Positions 44,478 through 54,541 of a DNA stretch of 64,000 nt are shown piece after piece (position 1 is the stretch's first letter; every line of letters starts with the position of its first letter). Location of the stretch: the NCBI GenBank assembly GCA_937625935.1, contig OW569380.1, positions 372,001 through 436,000 of the forward strand, read 5' to 3'. The notes below the pieces were generated by a model. That model saw only the letters and a list, made by a program, of their open reading frames with translations, was not told where the DNA came from and ran no database searches. The stretch comes from Tetramitus jugosus (lineage: Eukaryota; Protista; Heterolobosea). Position numbers and translations under genes: made by a program.

Positions 44478-47400
44478 ATGAGTTACAAGACAACACTGGA
44501 GAACTTGACAAGAGACACTCTAGTGCACATTGATCTACAGTACACCAAACAATCAAACACCTCCAAAAATCAAAAACTATCGAGTACAACGGGCATTGAT
44601 CAAGACAATATCAAAAACAGATGGATCAATGGTTCGGTGCTTGAAGTGAGACAGAACACAGTACTCGTTCAGTTGGATCACAGTTCAAAGTTACGAGATG
44701 AGGACGAAGAAGCAGAAATGATGAACTCTAGTGAGTTTAGTAGTAGTGGAGCAATTGGGAGTAGTAGTATGATGATGGGTGGAACAGATGGTTCCTTTTC
44801 AGTGGAACCCGAAACGGTATGTTTTCTTTCTTTGTGTTCATTGGATATTTTCTTGGATGTCAAAAAAACAACGACACAGGCCTGTTGACAACGCTCATTT
44901 ACAAAAAATTCTCGCGACAAATGAAAAAAATTATCTCCATGTGATCACATCAAAAAAACATCTGTTGTCATGTGTGAAAATGAAACGATAATGAAAATGA
45001 TGAATACAGAATGAAACCGAGTTGGAATGTCCAGTTGAACAAGTGTTTCTCAAGAATCCAGATAGTATTCAAGCGGCCGATGATATCACTACGCTGTCCT
45101 ATTTGCATGAACCTGCTCTGCTGACAAACTTGTATTTGCGATACAAGAAGAAGGCCATTTACACCTTTTGTGGCAATATTTTGATTGCAATCAATCCGTA
45201 TCAGAGACTATCAAAGGACATGTACAGCAATGAAGCCATTGAAATCTATAAGGGTGTTGCTATGGGTAAGCTGAACCCTCATGTCTATGCAATTGCTGAA
45301 GATTGCTATAGCTCCATGATGAGAGAGGGCAAGAATCAGTCCATTCTCGTCTCTGGTGAGAGTGGTGCGGGCAAGGTACGTACGAATAGCAATCACGTGT
45401 TTTTTTTGAGTGTGAACAACTTGTTCACATGCAGTGCAATTGACTCTAACACCCAGACATACACAATGAACACAACAGACCGAGAATTGTAAGTTTATTT
45501 TGCAGTATTTTGCAGCCATGGGCAAGCAGAGCAAATCCGAAACGAAAAAGACTGCCATCGAAAATCAAGTGCTTCAATCTACGCCGTTGCTCGAAGCGTT
45601 CGGTAATGCAAAGACGTTGCGTAATGATAACTCGTCTCGTTTCGGTAAGTTTATCGAGATTCAGTTCAACTCGATTGGTGTCATATCTGGTGCCTTCTTG
45701 TACACATATCTATTGGAGAAGAGTCGAGTGACGAAGCAAACGGTCGGAGAGAGAAACTATCACATTTTTTATCAGTTGATTGACAGTTGTACGGATGAAG
45801 AGAAGGAAGAGTTGCTTCAGGGAAAGCGCATTCACGACTTTACTTATTTAAATCAGAGTGAGACGTATTATATTGATGGAGTGTCGGATGCTGAGACATA
45901 TGAGGCTACCAAACAAGCCATGTCCAGTGTAAACATTTACGATGCGGATCAGAGAGCGATTCGGCGAGTTCTTGCTGCCATTCTTCACATGGGTAATGTG
46001 TCATTTGCTGAGATTGATGCCGACAGTTGCTCAATCGTAGACTATGAGCCTCTGAACAAGGCATGTGAACTATTGAATTTGAATCCAACATTGATCGCAA
46101 ACACATTCCTCACGAGAAAAGTGGTTGCTGGTCGCGACTCATACACTACACCATTGAAGGTCGAACAAGCAGAGAGTTGCAGAGACGCACTTTCCATGTT
46201 GTTGTACTCTCGCATGTTCGATTGGATTGTGAAACGTATGAACGAATCAATTAACAATCCTTCACAAGCCAAGTATACGATTGGTGTGTTAGATATCTAT
46301 GGATTTGAGTCGTTCGAAAACAATTCATTTGAACAATTCTGTATTAATTATGCGAATGAGAAGCTCCAACAACAATATAATCAACATATCTTCAAGCTAT
46401 CTCAACAAGAATACGTTAGAGAAAAGATCAATTGGTCAATGCTTCAATTCAACGACAATCAGGCTTGCTTGGACTTGATTGAAAACTCGCCAATGTCTAT
46501 CCTGAAAATTTTGGATGAAGAGTGCAGTTTCCCAAAGAGTAACGAACAAACATTTGCTGAAAAGTTGTACAAGAATCACACCAATAATCAATACTTCTCA
46601 AAGCCTCGTTTCAGTAACACAGCATTTACAATCAATCACTATGCGGATGCTGTTACCTATGATACAACTCATTTCTTGAACAAGAATAAGGATTATATTG
46701 TACCAGAACAACTTGAAGCGCTGAAATCATGTCCCGATGCGTTTGTGAAAGGTTTGTTCATGGAGCCACCGAAGCCTTCATCTGCTGCAGCATCTAAATC
46801 TCAATCATCCTTTAAGTTCATATCTGTAGCATCGCAGTTCAAGGATTCTCTTGCTATGTTGATGGACAAGATTAGCAAAACGTACCCTCATTATATCAGA
46901 TGTATCAAGCCAAATTCTCAAAAGAAACCTGGCCTTTTCAATTTTGAATTGATCTTGTCTCAATTGAAATGTGGTGGTATTCTCGAGTCAATCAGAATCT
47001 GTTTGGAGGGTTATCCAACGAAGAAGACATATAATGAATTCTTGGAAAGATACAGGATTGTTGCTCCAGATATCTCTGGCGTAGATATCAAAGAGTCTTG
47101 CGAGAAACTTCTCGATACGATGGCTATCGATAAGGATCAATACCAACTCGGTATATCAAAAATCTTTTTGAGATCTGGACAAATTGAGAAGATGGAAATG
47201 AACAGATCTTCAAAGCTAAGCAACTCTGCAATCACAATTCAGAAGAATGTGCGTCGTATGATACAACGACGAAAATGGAAAGCAATCCGGTTTAGTTCAA
47301 CTCGTATTGGTTCCTGTGCCCGCACTGCCATTGTCGAAGAAGAATACGAAGCCCTTAGACAGAACTTTGCCTCGAAGAACATTGGTCAAGTCACTCGCAC

Positions 47401-50400
47401 CACATTGGAGCGAAGAATCGTTCTTGATCAATTTGACCAAATCGTGTGCCTTCAAAATACGATTGCCCGAAAACTCAATTCGAATGCCCTTCAACAAAAG
47501 AAGTTAACATTGAGGCTAGCCCTTTCCGTTCAATCAGCATTCAGAGGCTTGGTGAAGAGACATAACTATGAAGTTTCCTTGGCCGAAGCAAAGAGCATTG
47601 AGGCTATGAAAAAGCAAAAGGAAGAGCTTGAGGTCAAATTCCGAGAACTTGTTTCACAAAGAGAGAACGAAGCCACTCAGAAGACTCAACTCGAGGAGAA
47701 AGCTGTTGAGTTGGAGAAGGAAAAGGAACAACTCGAAAGCAAGATTATCGACACTACTCAGTCTTGGGAAAGAAAGTTCAGTGACCTTGAGAATATTCTG
47801 GTTGAGACAAAGCTCAAGTTGGAGTCTGTTGAACAAGACAACGCCTCACTTCAAGAAAAGCTTTCTACCTCAGAGAAGCACATTTCTGAAGAGAGTGTCC
47901 ATGCCCAATCTTTAACAACCAAAATCGAGTCTCTTGAAGAAGAACTAAAGCAAAAAACGGAAGATTTGGAAAGAGAAACATCTGCTTTGTCAACCGAAAT
48001 CGAGAGCCTCAAATCAAGTGTTGCTGAGGGTGAAAATACGGCAAACTCTTTGAATGAGTCACTCAATGCGTTGACGGTCGAACTCAATGAACTAAAGAAA
48101 ACACTGGAACTGACTGAAGAGCAGAAGCAAAAGGCTGATGAGAGTAATCAGGAACTAAGACAGACTATAGAGGAAAAGATTTCTGAAATTGTCCAATTGA
48201 ACAAGAAGTGTGGCGATATTGAGGAAGATAATAACGATTTGCACAAAGAATTGGATCAGAAAGACAATAGAATTCGAGAATTGGAGCTACAAGTCGAGCA
48301 ACTAACCAAAAAATGTGAAGAGTTGTCCAATCAACTTGAAGATCTGAGAAAGTCAATCTCTGAAAATACCTCCGCAAGTGATATTCAAGCTCAAGACTTC
48401 AACAAACAACTCGAATCTAAGCTAGCTCAGATCGAAGAACTTACTGCTGCATTGGATGAGAAAAAGAAGAAACTCAAGAAAGAACAAGAGAGAAGAACAC
48501 AAGAAGAGAACGAGTTTGCAGTACAGTTCGAGAACATTACGCAACAGCACATGGAAGAACTAAGTGAACGTGCTGCCAAAGAAAAGGAGTTGAAGAAGGA
48601 TATCAAAAAGAAGGAAGAACAGATTCAACAATACATCAACCAGCTAGAGCAAACAAAAACTGAACTATCCACCGAAAATAATCGCAGGATTGCTTTGGAG
48701 CAAGATAAGCAACTTCTCGAACAAGAGAAGCAGCGCTTGATCCAAGAGAAGCAAATCAGTGCCCTTGAGTTCGAAAATCAACTCGCCCAGGCAAATATCA
48801 AGTATAGTAGCTTACAATCCAACTATGATTCCATTGTATGTGATCTAGAAAGAGAGTCGAACGAAAAGAAACGTGTTGAAGAAGAGAAGTTCGCGTTAGT
48901 ATCATCCATGAATTCCAGTAGCTCTGAATGGCTAACCAAATATGAATCTATTCACAACAATTATGTTTCCTTGCAATCTCACTTGGAAGAAGTCAAGAAC
49001 GAGAAGGAAGCGCTGAGAGAATCTCTGGAGAAACAAACTGCAGCTCTTCTAATTGAAACAGAAGAAAAGTTGAAGGTCGAAGAGGCTGTCTCAATGTTAG
49101 AGAAAGAGAGAGAAGAATCTATTCAAGAGAGAGAAAAGAGAGAAGAAGAGTTCCGAAATCAACTATCTGAGAAGGAGTCAGAATACTCACAACTTCAACA
49201 AACTTTGGACAAAGTACAATCACATCTTTTGGAAGAAAAAGAGCAAAAGAAGAACGAACAGGAAAAACTTGCGCGAGTGGAGCTCGCTCTTGCAAATGAA
49301 CGTAAGAAGATGGAGGAGGACAGAGCTAAATTCTTGGAAGAAAACAACAAAGCTCTTCAAGAATATAAGAAGATGACGGAAGACTTGACAAAACAGAAAC
49401 AACTTGTCACAAGTTTGAAAAAACAGCTCCAAGAAAAGGATCTGGAGAAGACTCGCGTCCTGAAACGCAATGAAGCTGCAATGGGATGGGAGATTGACAA
49501 GTGTTTGTCTGCCTTCCCTGGCAACAGACAAGAGAGAGCAGAAAGACTCATTGTGTTCTTGATGTACGAGATTGACAAAGAATTCTGCAATGGTGTCATT
49601 CCAACTCCAGCATTCATCTTCTATCACATGATCAAATGTTGGCGTTCTGACCTCGAAGGATGCGAGAGAGTACTTCAACTCATTGAAAACTTGTTGAAAG
49701 CAACCATTACTAGTTGCGAGGCTTCCGCTCTTCCATATTGGTTCTCCAATATTTCATGCTTGTTGCAACTCTGTTCAACCGAAGATTTCCTTTCTAGCAT
49801 CGAACAACTGGAGAACTTGGCAGAAACCAACTCAGAATACACTGTTCCAAGTATTCGTGCCAACATTAAGGGCACTTTGGACACTGGATCATACATGACC
49901 TTTAGCGAGGAGTTGGATGCAATCATTGCCAATCATGATAACAGAGAGTTCTCAGACAACATCTTTGTCAAGTTCATTCAGCAATTGACGCATTTATTCA
50001 TGAATAGTTATGCTCAACTTGTGAATAACTGTTGTAATAGTATCATTGGTCTGTTGAAGTCCAATATTATTGACCAAACTCTATTCGATGAAAAGTCTCC
50101 TGAATCTCCAAAGATCATTGAAGCATCAGCTGTCGTTGTTGGACATGTGAAGGACTTCTTGCATACATTGCGATGCAATAACATTGCAGAATCAATCATA
50201 GTGAAATCCATGAATCAGATATTCATGTTTATAGACATTACATTGTTCAATGAAATTCTATTCAGAAATGGTATCTGCTCCTCTGCAATTGGATCTCAGC
50301 TCAAGGTGCGCATTGATCACCTAGAAGCTGATATCTCATCAACAACAGGTGTGGAAGCAAAATTGAAACTCGTGCGACAAGCTATTCATGTATTGATTTG

Positions 50401-50947
50401 TGACAAGAAATCGCTCTTGGTAGAACAAACGAGAATGAAGTTGACTCCTAACTTAAACTCTGCTCAAATATTGAAGATCTTGCGAGCATACCAGAAGAGT
50501 GATTTTGAGAGCAACATTCCTAACGAGGTGTATTCATTCTTCTCTCATAACTCACCTGCTTTGGTTCCATTATTCCCAGAGTCCAGTACTCTCTTGGATG
50601 CCAAGGAAATTGTGCCATTTGGCTCGTTAGATGAGATTGAAAACAAAGAATTGGCACTTGAAATGCCGTATATGAGTTTCCCTATTCCAATCAAAGAACA
50701 ACTCAATAAGATGAGAGACGAACAGATCAAGAAGGAACAGGAACAACTTGCTCTGACTGCCGCTGCCATCAAGTTTTCACAAGCACTTCCCTCTTCTGGA
50801 GCCTATGTGATGGGCAGCACAACACCAAGAGGTACTAATCCACTCACAATACCAACACCAAGGGGCAACTCAACTTCTCCTTCGATAACTCCCACAGAGC
50901 AACCCAAAGAAGAAAAGCGGAGGCTCTCATTTTGGGGAAGAAAGTAA
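44478..50947 (+). CDS. Myosin heavy chain, class V/XI-like (motor, degenerate IQs, long coiled coil, DIL tail); exons 44478-44816, 45010-45375, 45479-50947
   Basis: The P-loop GESGAGK|T is restored by splicing. LEAFGNAKTLRNDNSSRFGK, LDIYGFE and YIRCIKPN are present. DIL domain: QIFMFIDITLFNEIL..LNSAQILKILRAY. Confidence 0.95.
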
Positions 50948-50968
50948 TAAATGTGAAAACTGATGACT

Positions 50969-53821
50969 TTATTCATATTCAATATCAACCTCATCCTCAT
51001 AGGCAACTTCAATGCCTAAGATTTCGTTTCTACTCTCTTCGTATTCCTCCAGAGACATGAATCCTTGCTTTACAAAATTAATCAGGGAAACAATTTTATC
51101 CCATTGCTCCTCATCCATTTCTACTTCATCAAGAATTGGATCATTGAATTCTGCCTCATCTTCGTCTACGTATTCGACTTCTTCCTCTCCACCTTCTCCA
51201 TAATAATATTCTTCTCCATCTTGAAGCAGATGCTCGTCCGCTTCTTCTTCTTGTTCCTCGACAGGTTCTCCTCTGAGGATTCTTTCTCTTCTCTTTCTCT
51301 CTCGATCCTCATCTGACTCGACATCACTCTCAACAGAACTGTCGTCACTTGGTGTCTCGGCCAAGAGTTCCTGTTCCTTCTTTAGACGTTCGAGTTGAAG
51401 TAGTCTCTCCTCTTCTAGACGTTCATTCTCAATTCTCTCCTTCTCCAATCTCTCATTCTCTAATCTGATCTTTTCCTCTCTCTCCTTCTCCTCTTGAGCT
51501 CGCTTTTGCCTCTTGCGTTCCAATTCAGCAAGTTGTCTCTCCTCTTCGAGTCTTTGCTTCTCCTTTTGTTCGGCAAGTATTCGCTCTCTTTCTTGCTGTT
51601 CCTCAAGTTCCTTTCGGGCCAATTCTTCGAGCAATCTTTGTTTCTCTTGCTCTTGGATCTTTTGTTGCTCTAGCCTCTCTCTCTCGAGACGTGCTTGCTC
51701 CTCTCTTCTTTTTGCCTCCTCTTCTTGTCTTTTACGTGCTTCTTCACGTTGCAATCTCTGCTGTTCACGATACTCTCTCTCACGGCGCTCAAGTTCCTCC
51801 TTCTTCTTTCTTGCTTCTTCGATCTCAATCTCTCTTTGCTTTCTAATTCTCTCAGCCTCCTTCTCTTGTTGAATTCTAATTCTCTCAGCCTCTTGTCTCT
51901 CTGCTTCGATCCTTTGCTTCTGCTTTTCGAGACTGTTTCTTTGAATGTTTTGGAATGTGCGAGCTACCTTCAACTTTAATAGTTGACTCTGATTTTGCTC
52001 TGCCATTTGCCTCACCTTGGTATCATATTCCTGTGGAGTAACTAGGCCTCTTTGTATCAAATCTCTCATTGTCTGCAAAAATTCCTGTTGCTTTTCACTA
52101 AATGTACTCAGATCAATCTCAGAAGCGCTCTTGTTGTCATTGGTTAGCTCCTTATTGTTGCTTGTGACATTGGTAGGATTGGAAGCTACAGAGTGAATCT
52201 CTCTGCTCATTCTCTTCTCATGCTCCTTCATCTTCTTCAACTTTAATCGATAATCCTCAATAGTGATCGCTCCCTTGAGAACTAGGGCTCGCAATCTTCT
52301 TGCCTCAGCCTTACCTTTCGCACTCAATGAGACCAATTCTGCTTCTGAGAATGGTGATGCACCCTGTGTTGTTGGAATAGACACTTCCTTGATCACAACA
52401 GTCGATTTTTTGGCTTTTGTGGCCTCTTCAACCATCTTTGCTACCTTTCTATCATAATCCATTTGTGTAATAATGCCTCTTGTAACAAACTGTGACATCT
52501 TCTTCAATTGTTCCAATTGAGATGAATTGAGCACCGATATATCAATATTTACAGATTGGGATCTATCTGATGCTTCTGGCTCCTTGCTCACTCTCTTGGG
52601 AGTACCTGTCACTGAAGATCCAAATTTTCTCATAAAATTGCTAGCATTGCCAGAAACGGTAGGTGAAGCAGGAGTAGCAGATGACGATGGAGTAACACTT
52701 GTCGATGATGGAGTAAGAGATGACTTGGGCCTTGTAGAAGAAATTCGAATCATTCGACCAATACCATCAAAAATCTTTTTTCTCTCCCTCTTCAACTCCT
52801 CCTCAGATATAATACCCTGTCTTCTAAATGTATTCAACTTTTCAAGTCGTTTTGTCTCTTCGTCATTCAAATGAGACTCATTGTACTCCAACACACAATC
52901 TCCCAGTACTTTACTCCTCTTTTGATTGAATTCGTCCAGTGTCAGAAGACCACTCTCCATCAATGAGCTCAAATACTCAATATTTTGCTTCTGTTCTTCA
53001 CTTGCCAATTTTGGAATGTTTCTTCGCTCCATCTTGGTAGTTGACAACTTACTAAACAGTTGATTCGCTATTAAACTTGTTCCACCTCGAGGTGTAGTTA
53101 ACACTAGACCCACTCCATTACTATTATTATTATTATTATTATTATTGTTACTATTATTCGCTGCTGAGCTATTGCTTGTAAGCTCTTCTTTCAAGTATGA
53201 CTGAATCTCCGCCTCCGACTCCAATAATTTTCCCGGTTGGTACGAATCGAAGAGACCGGTGTGTCTTTGAATGATTTTGACGTTTCTGCTGTTGGTGCCT
53301 GAGATTTTTTGCTCAGGCGCAATGAGAATATGAGTGCCATTCGACGCAATATTGACTCTCAAGCTCATTGCAGTCAATCGGCTTTCAATGACTGGAATTT
53401 GAATATTCAAATTGATCCAACGATCGCTGCCAGTCTTTTGTTGTTGAGTCAACAAGGAACTCTTGACAATCACACCAGATACATCTCTGTGGGATTCAAA
53501 GTGAACCTCGGGCTTGTTGTTCGTAGTACCTCCAACTTGCTCTTCCACAACAACAATTTTGAAGGGCTTGGCTTTGGTTGCGGCAATGTTGTACAAGTGA
53601 AAATAGAGTGCGTTAGTTGATCCTTCTCCTTTGTTCATGATTGAAGAGTTCTGATTTTTGGTTTGGCTGTCTTGAACTATTTGGGTTGTTTTTGTTGCAC
53701 TTTGGCTGGTGTTTGGGTAGACGGCCAGACTTTTTTGTTCGACCATTGGGATGTCAAATGTCACCGAGGATGGATTCGCGCAGAATTGGAGAGTGTTGTG
53801 TTGAGCAACAGAATCCAACAT
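50969..53821 (-). CDS. Multi-SHOCT-repeat protein with ER/K single-alpha-helix region
   Basis: Six L..L...G.(I/L)(T/S)..(E/D)(F/Y/L)...K/R motifs; about 200 aa of E/R/K/Q helix; acidic tail. Confidence 0.75.
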   Translation of the reverse strand: MLDSVAQHNTLQFCANPSSVTFDIPMVEQKSLAVYPNTSQSATKTTQIVQDSQTKNQNSSIMNKGEGSTNALYFHLYNIAATKAKPFKIVVVEEQVGGTTNNKPEVHFESHRDVSGVIVKSSLLTQQQKTGSDRWINLNIQIPVIESRLTAMSLRVNIASNGTHILIAPEQKISGTNSRNVKIIQRHTGLFDSYQPGKLLESEAEIQSYLKEELTSNSSAANNSNNNNNNNNNSNGVGLVLTTPRGGTSLIANQLFSKLSTTKMERRNIPKLASEEQKQNIEYLSSLMESGLLTLDEFNQKRSKVLGDCVLEYNESHLNDEETKRLEKLNTFRRQGIISEEELKRERKKIFDGIGRMIRISSTRPKSSLTPSSTSVTPSSSATPASPTVSGNASNFMRKFGSSVTGTPKRVSKEPEASDRSQSVNIDISVLNSSQLEQLKKMSQFVTRGIITQMDYDRKVAKMVEEATKAKKSTVVIKEVSIPTTQGASPFSEAELVSLSAKGKAEARRLRALVLKGAITIEDYRLKLKKMKEHEKRMSREIHSVASNPTNVTSNNKELTNDNKSASEIDLSTFSEKQQEFLQTMRDLIQRGLVTPQEYDTKVRQMAEQNQSQLLKLKVARTFQNIQRNSLEKQKQRIEAERQEAERIRIQQEKEAERIRKQREIEIEEARKKKEELERREREYREQQRLQREEARKRQEEEAKRREEQARLERERLEQQKIQEQEKQRLLEELARKELEEQQERERILAEQKEKQRLEEERQLAELERKRQKRAQEEKEREEKIRLENERLEKERIENERLEEERLLQLERLKKEQELLAETPSDDSSVESDVESDEDRERKRRERILRGEPVEEQEEEADEHLLQDGEEYYYGEGGEEEVEYVDEDEAEFNDPILDEVEMDEEQWDKIVSLINFVKQGFMSLEEYEESRNEILGIEVAYEDEVDIEYE
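53122..53146 (+). repeat. (ATT)n microsatellite encoding poly-Asn on the - strand
   Basis: Direct observation. Similar coding tracts occur at about 339-363, 1171-1218, 16060-16105 and 23195-23285. Confidence 0.9.
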
Positions 53822-54077
53822 GGAGTCGACTCTACAATTTGAGAATTCTAATATTCTCGATTCAACTGAGAACGAACAGCACTAAAAGTGTAACATTCGG
53901 TATCGATTGATAATACCTAAATCTTGAAGAGATGAACATTTCTTCTCGAGAAAATCGAAAACATTGTTGTCAGCAGAATTGTAACTCCGAGTCAACCGCG
54001 AGCGGGGTTACCCAAAAATCAAAAAACAAAACAAACAAAAAATTCTAATCAGAAACAAAATCACATCAAAGAACACA

Positions 54078-54227
54078 ATGGCCGCCACCGTCGAGAAGAA
54101 GTCCAACCCACACACCCAAAAGAAGCCAAGAGCAAGAGTCTTCCCAAGCAAGACCTACACCAAGAGATGGAACAAGCGTAACCAACCAAGACCAACCAAG
54201 AAGTACGTCAGAAACGCAAAGGTTTAA
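54078..54227 (+). CDS. Unannotated 49-aa highly basic microprotein MAATVEKKSNPHTQKKPRARVFPSKTYTKRWNKRNQPRPTKKYVRNAKV
   Basis: Manual translation (below the ORF-track size cutoff). A/C-rich leader like neighbouring genes; strongly biased codons (all Lys AAG, all Thr ACC, all Asn AAC, all Pro CCA); AATAAA just after the stop. Confidence 0.75.
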   Translation: MAATVEKKSNPHTQKKPRARVFPSKTYTKRWNKRNQPRPTKKYVRNAKV

Positions 54228-54541
54228 ATTTCTCATCACAAGAAAATAAATTTTCATAACTTGAACCACACTTGTCATTGTTGTTCATTTGCATTTGAAT
54301 GATAATGGTTGTTCTTCGTATGTTGCAGACAAAAGGAATTGCAGGTAAACGAAAGGGTTGTGTTTCGTTCATTTATTTGTTATTGGGAGACTGAAAGAGG
54401 CCTTTCTTGGCCACATTCATGTTATAAGTTAGGGTAGGGGCCTTCAAAAGCCAAACCGCACGCGATCTTCATGTCTCTGTCTATTGATCATTTGTACAAG
54501 TAGGTGACGCAAACTCTGACGAGGATTGCACTGGACTCATC

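Noticed and set aside
10365-50947. Apparent frameshifts or split ORFs (CEP57, XPR1, TECR, RRP12, centriolin-like, myosin) as pseudogenes or recoding
   Set aside because: All are resolved by canonical GT-AG introns that keep frame. TAA, TAG and TGA all terminate genes, so no alternative genetic code is needed.
54400-54540. TTAGGGTAGGGG telomere-like bit and CTGACGAG hammerhead-like core
   Set aside because: Only a single telomere unit; the hammerhead GAAA and flanking stems are missing.
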